From positions 32,001-96,000 of the IMG/VR virus record IMGVR_UViG_3300033121_000493: DNA of 64,000 nucleotides. The stretch is one strand, 5' to 3'. The stretch is from a virus (lineage: Duplodnaviria > Caudoviricetes). Positions 38,030 to 46,839 of the stretch are shown in pieces. Position 1 is the first letter of the stretch, and every line of letters starts with the position of its first letter. Made by a program: the position numbers and the translations under genes. Below the pieces are notes generated by a model. It made no database searches, was not told the origin of the DNA, and saw only the letters and a list, made by a program, of their open reading frames with translations.

Positions 38030-40834
38030 TTAATAGACACCTTTAGTTTCTAAATCTTTACCAAATGTAGTGCCTTCTGCCAGCGCGTGTCCAAAGTTAG
38101 GTCCGTGTATTTGTGAACTAGATCCACGTCGAGCAGCGTCCATAAATCCTTTGCCTACATAAAATCCTTGAAGGCGCTTGAACCAATCTTTGTCATATAT
38201 GGTTGATTCAAGTGCTCTTGTCATGTACGGTTCAAATGGTGGTGGTTCTGTATGCGCAGTTATAGAATTTACACTGTGCTTATTAAGTGTCTTGGCAACA
38301 CTAGGAGTTATACGCGTACCAATAGAGTAATGTAACACTGGCTGTTCTAAGAACTTACCTACAGACTTATCTGGCTTATCAGTAACACTACCGTGGCGCG
38401 GCTTCCATCGGCTAGCCAGGTCGTCATAGGAAATGATGTCGTCTGGTATTAGATTTTCTCCAGCGTCAAAGTCTGTCACTTTAACGTGGTTTAATAGACC
38501 GCGCGCCATAATCTCTATGTTACGACGGTTTACTTTTATACCACTGTTAGCCAACGTTTCTCTTAGTGTCTTCATAAAGTAACGTCGACCTTCGCCTACG
38601 TGCTTAAAGCGTACTACTTCAGCAGGATTAGCTATACCTGTAGATAAAGCGTCACCAGCCTCTACAGTATCACCGACCTTAACTTTTAATGTTGCCTCTG
38701 GTGGCACGTAATGCTTTTCACCGTCAACTAGTACATAGTTACCGCCCTGCGGCGCTGCCTCTACACTTTCCACTCTACCGTCTTGTGAAGCTAAAGTAGC
38801 AGCCCCAACGAAAGTACTTGGAACACTGACAAGCTGTTCTATAGCTCTAAACCCAGACAGCCCAGTCTCATGCGACGAACCTATAACGCCCGCGCCGTGC
38901 TTAGCGCTATTAGATACTATTAGACCATTGGCCAATACAAACAAATGGTCTTCATGATCTACTTCTATGTCCATCGTGTTAAGTTGGCCGACGTCATGTG
39001 CAAACCAAAATTTTAATGTGTAATCGGCGTGTTTCCCACTTTCATATACAACAACCCGCTGTTTATCTACATCGCCAACTGGCATTACAACGTGATCGTC
39101 TTCATTATTTGATACAAGGATTTTATGATCTTTGGTGGATACAACAGCAATCTCGTGGCCACTGTATTTAGCAAATACAGATTTAATACACGGACGAATC
39201 CCGTTGTTGTACTTGTTCAATACTCTAACTGGGAAAACGTTACCAAACTTGTTAGCTCCCAGCACTAACTCCTGTAACTCTATGTCTTTAAGTTTCTTTA
39301 CAGACCCGTCAGCCATGCGAACTTCAGTATTCTCATCCAAGCATAACTGAGACTGGCTAAGTGGCTCACTTATAGCCTGCGCGGCAGATATACCTACGTT
39401 ATCACCAATCGCACTACGACCTCTATCACGCATTCCTGCAGCTAGTCTAGGCACACCAATCCCACCAGCAGATATAGGAGAATGGATTAGTATCTCGTCG
39501 TTGTCTTTTCTCAACTCTTTAAGTATCGACGGTGTTATTGTCGTACCGGCTTTGAACTTGCCGTAATCTCTGGCTAGCGCAGCTCCAACACTATCGTCAT
39601 CGTCTGTGTCTACTGGCAAACCAGTTCCAGCGCCTGGCTCTTCATCAGTTACTATCAGTCTGGCATTGGCGTTGGCCAAAAGTTTGCCTAGATAACCGGC
39701 ATCGGCAGTCGAGTTTGAAACGATTAAACCGTTCTCCAACACGAATAGATGGTCCTCATTTGCCACTTCTATATCAAAAGTATCAACAGTGCCAACTGCT
39801 ATTTTTTCAATGGCACGCGATGTTTTACGGTACGCTTTTGTATCACGTGTATTATCAAGTAGCTGCGCGACGCAAGCAGAAAAATTGTTCTTGTGTGGGT
39901 TTGCCCAGAATTTTGCACGGCTTAACGGCTGGATACTAAAAGATCTATCCCAGTGTACTGTTTTATTTGCGCGAGTAATACTACAAAGGATTTTATGATC
40001 CTCTGTGCAGATAAGCTCTAGTGTGTTATTTTCGTGTTCTAGCTTGAGCTTTCGTCCGTTTCTGAATTTAAACTTGTAGCACTCACGCGGCCCATTCGCG
40101 AATACTTTAGTAACCAGTGTTGGAAAAGTTTGACCGGCTTTATTTGCCCCTAGCACCCAGTCACCAGGTTGTATGGCTTCAATTGGCTTTACTGTAAAGT
40201 CCGCCATGCGTACTTTGGTACCTACTGAAACGCATCGCTTGGTGGATATGATGCCCTTTCGTGTTCCATAGCTCGTTGCAAAGTATTCAGCAGGAGATAG
40301 CCCCTCTGAATAGTTACTTAAAATAGGAATAGGTATAGGCTTATCGTTATGGTCGGCAACTAACAAATCAGCCGCTCTTAGAGTACTAAGGTTAGCCGCA
40401 CTACCTCTAGCGCCAGATTTGATCGCCATAGCAAAGTTATTGCCTTCGTCGAGACTTTCTTTGTATGTAGCGTCGCGTAAAGGATCTATCTTACTCATCA
40501 GAAAACTGATTAGCTGTTGATTCCTGGTTTTCTCATCTAGCCGCTTGTCAGCAAACAACTTAGATACATGCTCTTTTATTTGCTGAATAATTGGTTCTTT
40601 AGCTTTTGCAGTTTCTAGGTCTTTCAGCGACAGCGATGTACCAGATGAAAACGCTACATCAGCGCCTACCTTAGAAAGATTATGTACTATCTCTTTATAT
40701 TTGTCCGGATAACGCTGCTGCACTTCTCGTAGTACATTCATCATGGTCTTTTTGTCCATGACTCTATCGTAGTCCCGCATGTCTTCGGGAAGTGCTTCAT
40801 TAACCATTAATTTGCCAAGAGTAGTTGTTAACAT
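38030..40834 (-). CDS. rpoC: DNA-directed RNA polymerase beta' subunit, C-terminal part, with two inteins
   Basis: SGARGS; NYSEGLSPAEYF; bridge helix GTRKG..[intein]STADAGYL; trigger loop AAQAISEPLSQSQL[intein]SAKHG; RRNIEIMAR. Confidence 0.92.
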   Translation of the reverse strand: MLTTTLGKLMVNEALPEDMRDYDRVMDKKTMMNVLREVQQRYPDKYKEIVHNLSKVGADVAFSSGTSLSLKDLETAKAKEPIIQQIKEHVSKLFADKRLDEKTRNQQLISFLMSKIDPLRDATYKESLDEGNNFAMAIKSGARGSAANLSTLRAADLLVADHNDKPIPIPILSNYSEGLSPAEYFATSYGTRKGIISTKRCVSVGTKVRMADFTVKPIEAIQPGDWVLGANKAGQTFPTLVTKVFANGPRECYKFKFRNGRKLKLEHENNTLELICTEDHKILCSITRANKTVHWDRSFSIQPLSRAKFWANPHKNNFSACVAQLLDNTRDTKAYRKTSRAIEKIAVGTVDTFDIEVANEDHLFVLENGLIVSNSTADAGYLGKLLANANARLIVTDEEPGAGTGLPVDTDDDDSVGAALARDYGKFKAGTTITPSILKELRKDNDEILIHSPISAGGIGVPRLAAGMRDRGRSAIGDNVGISAAQAISEPLSQSQLCLDENTEVRMADGSVKKLKDIELQELVLGANKFGNVFPVRVLNKYNNGIRPCIKSVFAKYSGHEIAVVSTKDHKILVSNNEDDHVVMPVGDVDKQRVVVYESGKHADYTLKFWFAHDVGQLNTMDIEVDHEDHLFVLANGLIVSNSAKHGAGVIGSSHETGLSGFRAIEQLVSVPSTFVGAATLASQDGRVESVEAAPQGGNYVLVDGEKHYVPPEATLKVKVGDTVEAGDALSTGIANPAEVVRFKHVGEGRRYFMKTLRETLANSGIKVNRRNIEIMARGLLNHVKVTDFDAGENLIPDDIISYDDLASRWKPRHGSVTDKPDKSVGKFLEQPVLHYSIGTRITPSVAKTLNKHSVNSITAHTEPPPFEPYMTRALESTIYDKDWFKRLQGFYVGKGFMDAARRGSSSQIHGPNFGHALAEGTTFGKDLETKGVY
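38909..39343 (-). mobile_element. Mini-intein 2 (145 aa) in the RNAP trigger loop
   Basis: Starts CLDENTEVRMADG; block B STKDHKIL; ends HLFVLANGLIVSN with Ser at +1. Confidence 0.9.
39713..40234 (-). mobile_element. Mini-intein 1 (174 aa) in the RNAP bridge helix
   Basis: Starts CVSVGTKVRMAD; block B CTEDHKIL; ends HLFVLENGLIVSN with Ser at +1. Confidence 0.9.
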
Positions 40835-40835
40835 A

Positions 40836-41054
40836 TTATTTCAATGATGTTACTTGCACGTTTTGCTTAATACCCATTTGCGCCGCAAGTCTATTAAAAT
40901 CTTCTTCACCGGCCCTAGACACAGCGATGAAACCTTGATCGCTTTCCCACATTATAACAAGCAAATAGCCGTCGTTGTCGTAGACGGCTATTTGCTTTAC
41001 TTTTTCAGTTTCTTCGACTGTGTGTAGCGCGCTACGCTCAAACACACATTTCAT
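40836..41054 (-). CDS. Hypothetical protein
   Basis: 72 aa, coupled to the beta'(C) gene. Confidence 0.55.
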   Translation of the reverse strand: MKCVFERSALHTVEETEKVKQIAVYDNDGYLLVIMWESDQGFIAVSRAGEEDFNRLAAQMGIKQNVQVTSLK

Positions 41055-41058
41055 GACA

Positions 41059-41685
41059 TCACTCTTTTTTAGTTATGGCCTTAGCATACTTCGCTGCTGC
41101 GCTGACAGTCATACCAGAACCTGGCATACCGGCTGGCATAGTTGTACCTTGCGCGCCAAACGGTTGAGTCATTTGGCTAGGAGATACACCAGGCGCTGGC
41201 GGTTGTCCGCCTGCCTGGCTTGGATCAGCTACGCCTAATTGCGTCGCAATACTCTGCAGCAATTGAAGTACCTTGTCTCCACCACCAGCAGCGGCTGCTC
41301 CACCGCCGCCACCACGTTTACTACCACCACCCCCAGCAGCTAAGAAACCATCAATCTTACCTATCAGCTGGTCCAGTTTAGAATTTAAAGCAGCTAGTGG
41401 ATCTGGGCCAGCAGGCGCTGGTGCTGGTGCTGGTGGCATACCGCCACCCATAGACGGATCACCGCCAGGAGGCATACCACCCATAGATGGGTCACCGCCA
41501 GGCGGCATTGGAGCTCCACCCGGTGGCATGCCCGGAGGCATACCACCCATAGACGGATCACCGCCAGGAGGCGCACCACCTGGCGGCATTACGCCTGATG
41601 CGTCAGCTGGTACAAACGCTACTTTATGAGCTCTATCTAAATTAGCGTGTACCAAATCTGCCAATCTGTCATTAAACAGTTTCAT
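41059..41685 (-). CDS. Pro/Gly/Met-rich low-complexity protein
   Basis: Three PPGGDPSMGG repeats, a central short helix and an HKVA motif. Confidence 0.65.
   Translation of the reverse strand: MKLFNDRLADLVHANLDRAHKVAFVPADASGVMPPGGAPPGGDPSMGGMPPGMPPGGAPMPPGGDPSMGGMPPGGDPSMGGGMPPAPAPAPAGPDPLAALNSKLDQLIGKIDGFLAAGGGGSKRGGGGGAAAAGGGDKVLQLLQSIATQLGVADPSQAGGQPPAPGVSPSQMTQPFGAQGTTMPAGMPGSGMTVSAAAKYAKAITKKE
41445..41575. repeat. Three imperfect copies of CACCCATAGAYGGRTCACCGCCAGG
   Basis: Encode the GGDPSMGG repeats. Confidence 0.75.
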
Positions 41686-41702
41686 AGTTTGTCCTACAGT
41701 CT

Positions 41703-41927
41703 TTATGGTCTTGGCGTAACAGTCTGCTTCGCCGCATCGCCACGGCCCATATACCCATTGTAGTCGGTCGTGTGTACCACTGTAACTTCAGCTGGCGCGC
41801 CTGGCAATCCACCTCTACGCATATCGGACGAGGTACTAGCTTTATCCACGCCGCCATTAGGATTACTGTCCTGATGCTGCACTGTACGACTGGCGAAATT
41901 TGGCAGCACATCTACTCTATCAGACAT
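41703..41927 (-). CDS. Small hypothetical protein
   Basis: AAGGAG SD, 74 aa. Confidence 0.55.
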   Translation of the reverse strand: MSDRVDVLPNFASRTVQHQDSNPNGGVDKASTSSDMRRGGLPGAPAEVTVVHTTDYNGYMGRGDAAKQTVTPRP

Positions 41928-41939
41928 TGGATATCTCCT

Positions 41940-42188
41940 TTATCTATGATCATTCAAAGCTGGATCAAACGGAGCTCCAGCAGGGTTTGTTATATAGTTA
42001 CTGCGCATAGTATCAGCAGACCGTTCCAAAATATTTGGATACGGATTGCCGATCACAGCATTCATTCTTAGATCTGTCAGACCTAATAGTTCCTTTGCCG
42101 TTGTCGGCACGTTGTGAGGAATACCGTACGCCGGTGGATAGTATTTACCGGCAAAATAAACACCAGCAAAATACTTATGTGAAAACAT
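41940..42188 (-). CDS. Small hypothetical virion protein
   Basis: TAATG coupling to the upstream gene; YFAG repeat. Confidence 0.55.
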   Translation of the reverse strand: MFSHKYFAGVYFAGKYYPPAYGIPHNVPTTAKELLGLTDLRMNAVIGNPYPNILERSADTMRSNYITNPAGAPFDPALNDHR

Positions 42189-42766
42189 TAGTCACCGCCG
42201 TTCACAGTAACCGCCGTACGGTTACCGTTTGCATCAACTGTAGCTGTAATGCGCGTTACCGTATTGTTGATGTCCTTAAACGTAATCGAATTTCCTTCAG
42301 CGCCTGCAACGCGACCAGTTAGCGCAGCCAAAATAAGGCGCAAGCTCTGAATAACGTTGAAGTCGGTTTCTACGGTAGCATAATTGTGATTGTAGCGGTT
42401 TTCTAGTGAAAACGTACCAACTAGCATGCCGTCAGCAGTAACGCCGCCAATAAGACCTGCGTCCACAATTACAGCGTAGTCTTCTCCAGTAGAGAAGAAT
42501 GCGTCACTAGTATCAATATAGGCTGTGTTAAACCCAGTGTAGCTTTCTGTGTTTTCATTGATAACCACACTGGTTGAGTTTCGTAGCAAGCCGGTAACAG
42601 CATCAATTCCAACCGCCGAACTTAGGTTGTTAATCTCATTAGCACCAACCTTGATAACAGCTAAAGTTGGCGTAGAATCAAACGCCGCTGCAGCTTTTGT
42701 AACAGGGTTAATGGAGTTAAACGGAATAGCTACTATAGAGTTAGCCTTAAAATCGCCTACGTACAT
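42188..42766 (-). CDS. Putative virion structural protein
   Basis: Beta-rich; C-terminal LRLILAALTG...RITATVDANGNRTAV. Confidence 0.55.
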   Translation of the reverse strand: MYVGDFKANSIVAIPFNSINPVTKAAAAFDSTPTLAVIKVGANEINNLSSAVGIDAVTGLLRNSTSVVINENTESYTGFNTAYIDTSDAFFSTGEDYAVIVDAGLIGGVTADGMLVGTFSLENRYNHNYATVETDFNVIQSLRLILAALTGRVAGAEGNSITFKDINNTVTRITATVDANGNRTAVTVNGGD

Positions 42767-42769
42767 TTG

Positions 42770-43918
42770 TTAGCTCCTGATTAAAACGCTATCAAGCAGA
42801 CCAGCGTTCTGAATGTCTATTTGTGATATCATTGGAATAACTGGATAGATACGAGCGCCGGTAGCTGAGTAATCAGTCCACGTCAATCCGCTCGTAGCTG
42901 TAGTACCGCAGAAAGAACTATCGTAGCCCACCAGACTGGCAAGCCCCAGATTAGCCGTAGAATCTGCAATTAACCCGTTAGCAAACGAACTTGGGTTATT
43001 CACCGTAGTAGGTTCTAGGTACACGCGTACTGTATCGCCTTTATTAAAAGTGGCGTCTATAGGCAATATACCGATTGCTGGAGAAGGGTTGCCGGAATCG
43101 TAGTTAGGATCAGTCATAAGCTGGCTGACGTCAATTGCGTAGTTAGTATCGACAGAACTGTTATTTGGCGCAGTCACGCGTACATGTACTTTAAAATCCC
43201 AGTTTGTACCTGGATCTAATGTGCCGACGTATACGCCACCTATTTTACCACTAAACCCAGGTACCCATTTATTGCCACGGTGAAGCGCAGTGCTACCGCT
43301 GTTCCACGTAGAATTGGACGTTACAGCCGAGTACACAGTAGTACCGCGTGCCCATTTCAGAGGAAACGCGTGCGTACCATCAAACGCACCATCGCAGTAA
43401 GCTATGTTCGGTCGAATAGTATTACTGGTAGTCCACGAACTTGCAGTCATAGTGCCAGTTTTGGCAACCAATGAAACCACATTACTCGGCGACTTCTGTA
43501 CTGCGGTATATCCGTACGAGATGGTGGCGTTGTTTGAGCCGTCGATTGTCCCAGACTGATACTTGATCACAATAGCAAATGGCTGACCAGCTGTAGGTGT
43601 AGCTGGCGCTGTAAAGTACGCATTATTCGTGCCAACTGCTACTTGCATATCAGCGAACGCATTAGCGGTTACAGGCGTAGCTGTAGGTAAGCCAGACGTA
43701 TCGACTGTGTAGCATCCAACACGATAAGTAGGTGACGTACCAGTCTTAGAAGCATAAAATGATACGCCAGTTATACTTATATCGGCTGGGGCAACAAAAA
43801 CAGCGCAAACAGCTTTAGTGCTAGCGTCTATGGCAAACGTAGAAAGAGCTACGTTTGTTGGTAAGCGGTTTATATCTATTAGGGGAACAAGTCCTATATC
43901 TAGCATAATAGCCTCCAA
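42770..43918 (-). CDS. Putative virion surface protein (Thr/Ser-rich beta-sandwich domains)
   Basis: Composition and position; likely start MLDIGL after a GGAGG SD. Confidence 0.5.
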   Translation of the reverse strand: MEAIMLDIGLVPLIDINRLPTNVALSTFAIDASTKAVCAVFVAPADISITGVSFYASKTGTSPTYRVGCYTVDTSGLPTATPVTANAFADMQVAVGTNNAYFTAPATPTAGQPFAIVIKYQSGTIDGSNNATISYGYTAVQKSPSNVVSLVAKTGTMTASSWTTSNTIRPNIAYCDGAFDGTHAFPLKWARGTTVYSAVTSNSTWNSGSTALHRGNKWVPGFSGKIGGVYVGTLDPGTNWDFKVHVRVTAPNNSSVDTNYAIDVSQLMTDPNYDSGNPSPAIGILPIDATFNKGDTVRVYLEPTTVNNPSSFANGLIADSTANLGLASLVGYDSSFCGTTATSGLTWTDYSATGARIYPVIPMISQIDIQNAGLLDSVLIRS

Positions 43919-43978
43919 AAAAGATATTCACGCTATTGGACTCGAAACGTATAGTTTAGTCAAATTTCACTGATACCT

Positions 43979-44019
43979 AAAAAAAAGACCCCACACAACA
44001 AATAGTTGTGTAGGGTCTT
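43979..44019 (-). terminator. Rho-independent terminator
   Basis: AAGACCCTACACAAC-TATTT-GTTGTGTGGGGTCTT followed by a T run. Confidence 0.8.
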
Positions 44020-44128
44020 GGTGTATCGTATAAAAACACGCAGCGAGTCACAATCCAATAGTCCGGTAGACTAAAGAACCATAACCCGCTGGTAGCTCAA
44101 AGCGCCGATACTGAGTTTAGCTCAGTAT

Positions 44129-44656
44129 TTAGTCGCGAGCGCGACGCTGCTTCTCGTCCATGTCCACGGTACGCTGGAATCGAATCGCGTACACGCCAGG
44201 AGGCAACACGAACGCGCCGTGCTCGGGGTGATTCAGCGTGCGCTTCTTCTCCAGCGCCAGAATCGCCCCATCGTACTCGTTGGCCTCGGCCAGGGTGTAC
44301 ATGGTCACACCTTCTCCCGAGTCCAGGATGTGTCGCGAGCCGGGAGTGTTACCCGGAGCGAGCTGCAGATTGACGGTATCCATCTTGCGGATACCGACCT
44401 TTCCTTCCTTGCTGTCGCGGATGACGTGCTTCTTGCCTTCCATCTGAGCACGCAGGATCATCACATCACCCTGGCGAACGAAATCGCCAACGCTGGCAGC
44501 CTCGGGAAAGTTCTGCGGCTTACGGCGATCGATGACCTCGCCGGGGCGCACGGGAACCTTGCAGCTGGCCACTTCCTTGCCGCGATTGATCACGGTCTCG
44601 ACAGCACGAGCGGCGGCAACAGCGGCGGGAGTCTTCAGAGTAGCAGTGGTCGACAT
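44129..44656 (-). CDS. RQGD-motif protein with His cluster (usual partner of DUF6745-like genes)
   Basis: VRQGDV...LAPGNTPGSRH...NHPEHG..LPPGVYAIRFQR; GC-rich; ATG at 44656 after AAGGA. Confidence 0.65.
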   Translation of the reverse strand: MSTTATLKTPAAVAAARAVETVINRGKEVASCKVPVRPGEVIDRRKPQNFPEAASVGDFVRQGDVMILRAQMEGKKHVIRDSKEGKVGIRKMDTVNLQLAPGNTPGSRHILDSGEGVTMYTLAEANEYDGAILALEKKRTLNHPEHGAFVLPPGVYAIRFQRTVDMDEKQRRARD

Positions 44657-44836
44657 TTGTCTTTTTCCTTGTCTTGGTTTCGGATTCAGAAACAGGTCAC
44701 AGCGATACAATCGTTATATACAGCTTAGTAAAAGTCTACGGCCTACAGGCACAATACCCAAACAAAGTTTGTATTTTTATTATCTATATGCTCATACTAA
44801 CGCGTACTTTTAGATTATCAACTGTAGATCACTAAA

Positions 44837-46099
44837 TTACGAAGTTGCGAGGCACTTGCCCTGGGACGTAGCGCCGCCAGGCAAATTGGCCATCCAGGTC
44901 TGGGCGTCCACGCACTTGACGACTTCACGCCCAACACGAATGGGGTAAGTACGTCCAGTTGACGAGCAAGCGCAGATCATTACGGTACCGTCGCGGTCGC
45001 CGCAATCAAACAGCACTTCATGCGTTTTGTCAATCGGGTTCTCGCGCTCGTCGATGATCTTGGCTTCCACCAGCTGAACGTAGTTTGGCCAGCCGTACTG
45101 CTGGATCATGATACGGCGAACTTCTTCGTCGCTGGCGTCATTGAAGTCTTTGATCGTCAGCGTCTCTGGGCGCATAACGATCTGTTCGGTGACCGGATTG
45201 CCTTCGATGCAGTAGATCTTCCAGCCATCACGGAATGCCAGCGCAGGACCAGTTGTGTTGTGCAATTGGCCTTCAGCTGTAATGTGGATCTCGCTGGGGC
45301 GCTCACAGAGAATGATGAAATGCGTGTTCAGCCACGCATACCCGCCAAACTCAGACGCCTCTTCGAAATCGCGTGCGATCGGCGCGATTTCCATACCGAG
45401 GATGTCGCGGCAAAACGATGTGTACGCGGGCCAGGCATCCCACAACGGAATACCCTGACAAACGTGCCAGTTCTGCTTCTGCAGCGCTGTGACGGTAGCC
45501 GACACATCTTCTTTGTCGTTCTTGGTGGTTGTCGAGCCCTTTTTCAGGTCGCTCGGTACCAGCGGCGCGATCGCCTTGAACGAGAGCTCGACAATCGCCT
45601 TGATGGATTTGTCGATGAGATCTGTGCTGAGATCGATGTCGTTCTTGTGCATGCGGTCAGCGAGCAGCTTGGTGTACCACTCCTCGCCTCGCCGCCAGAC
45701 AGCCGTCACTGCGTCTTCAGAGTTAATCAGAGCTTTTGTGAACGCCGCCGCCAGAGTACCGACGACAGGCGACTGCACATGAATGATTGCGTGTTCGGGC
45801 CACGGGAGCTCAACTTCCCAGAACGTATTACGATACGCCGTTGCGGTGCGCTCGAAGTCGACGGGTTCGGTCGACAGTGAGATGTCCTGCCAACGCTTCT
45901 CGTGCGCGTCGCGTAGTTTGTTTTGCTCGGGGGTCAGTGACTCGACGGACGGGGCGCTCACCGGCGAGTATGTAGAACTTTTTCGGCGCGGCTGGCCAGT
46001 CACAGGGTCGAGGGGGTGGTAGGCGGCTACCGCCGGTGCTGGCGTTTCAACGGTGGTTTTCTTGGACGCGGGCTTGGCTTTTTTGATTTGTTTGGCCAC
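44837..46099 (-). CDS. DUF6745-like protein
   Basis: ILCERPSEIH...GQLHNTTGPALAFRDGW...EEVRRIMI...CSSTGRTY; GTG at 46099 after a GGAG SD; GC-rich. Confidence 0.7.
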   Translation of the reverse strand: MAKQIKKAKPASKKTTVETPAPAVAAYHPLDPVTGQPRRKSSTYSPVSAPSVESLTPEQNKLRDAHEKRWQDISLSTEPVDFERTATAYRNTFWEVELPWPEHAIIHVQSPVVGTLAAAFTKALINSEDAVTAVWRRGEEWYTKLLADRMHKNDIDLSTDLIDKSIKAIVELSFKAIAPLVPSDLKKGSTTTKNDKEDVSATVTALQKQNWHVCQGIPLWDAWPAYTSFCRDILGMEIAPIARDFEEASEFGGYAWLNTHFIILCERPSEIHITAEGQLHNTTGPALAFRDGWKIYCIEGNPVTEQIVMRPETLTIKDFNDASDEEVRRIMIQQYGWPNYVQLVEAKIIDERENPIDKTHEVLFDCGDRDGTVMICACSSTGRTYPIRVGREVVKCVDAQTWMANLPGGATSQGKCLATS

Positions 46100-46216
46100 A
46101 GAGTGCTCCTTGAGCTGATGATTGGTTTCCAGGGAAGACAGAACAAGACACGACACTATAGACATAGTGTATAAAGATATGCCTAGACAAATGTGTAGCG
46201 CGCTACAGCCTAGTTA

Positions 46217-46798
46217 TTACTTGTTGGAAGCTCTGTTATTTTCAGCAATAACGTAAGCCAGAAAATTGTTTAACGGCGCAGCAATGATTGCAGTGCCATC
46301 GTACGGCATTGATATTTTATGATTGCAATTGTGGCACTGCGCCAGATACTGGCCAGGATTGATTGGATCAACCAAATATCTGTGTGCCGTAGCCAGAATT
46401 AGACCGCCGCACGTGTGACACGAAGCCTGACCTATTGTGATGAACACATTGCCGTTTAACTTTACAGGAGCGTCACAAAGACCTCCATCGCCAAAGTAGA
46501 TCGATTCTCCGCGATTTGCTGGAGTAAACGCGCCGCTATTGAGCACGCTTACCCACAGTCTCGAAATACAGTTCTGACAACCAAAAACTAGTTCTTTACC
46601 GATATAAATACCGCCAATAATAGGCCGGTTACACGTAATGCTTTTTGCTGGAATGCCAGTGCAGCGCTCATGCTGCAGGACATTCTGAATCGCCTCTTTG
46701 CCCAGCGCGTTATCTTCTGGCGCGGCAAATATCGTTTCAAGGTGGGCTATCGCGCTGGAAATAGCCAAAGGATTTGGTACTGGGAGTTCTGGCAACAT
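46217..46798 (-). CDS. Cys-rich putative zinc-binding protein
   Basis: CQNC, CHTC and CHNC motifs. Confidence 0.6.
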   Translation of the reverse strand: MLPELPVPNPLAISSAIAHLETIFAAPEDNALGKEAIQNVLQHERCTGIPAKSITCNRPIIGGIYIGKELVFGCQNCISRLWVSVLNSGAFTPANRGESIYFGDGGLCDAPVKLNGNVFITIGQASCHTCGGLILATAHRYLVDPINPGQYLAQCHNCNHKISMPYDGTAIIAAPLNNFLAYVIAENNRASNK

Positions 46799-46839
46799 AC
46801 GCTTTCTCCTTTGTCTGTCTGCTTGTGCTCGGTATTATA

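Noticed and set aside
38909-40234. Homing endonuclease domains in the inteins
   Set aside because: Both inteins are too short and show no LAGLIDADG or HNH motifs
43920-46215. Sigma70-like promoters in the intergenic gaps (e.g. TTGATA-N16-TAGTAT near 44800; TTGACT near 43960)
   Set aside because: Weak matches or poor spacing, and no shared motif could be established by eye
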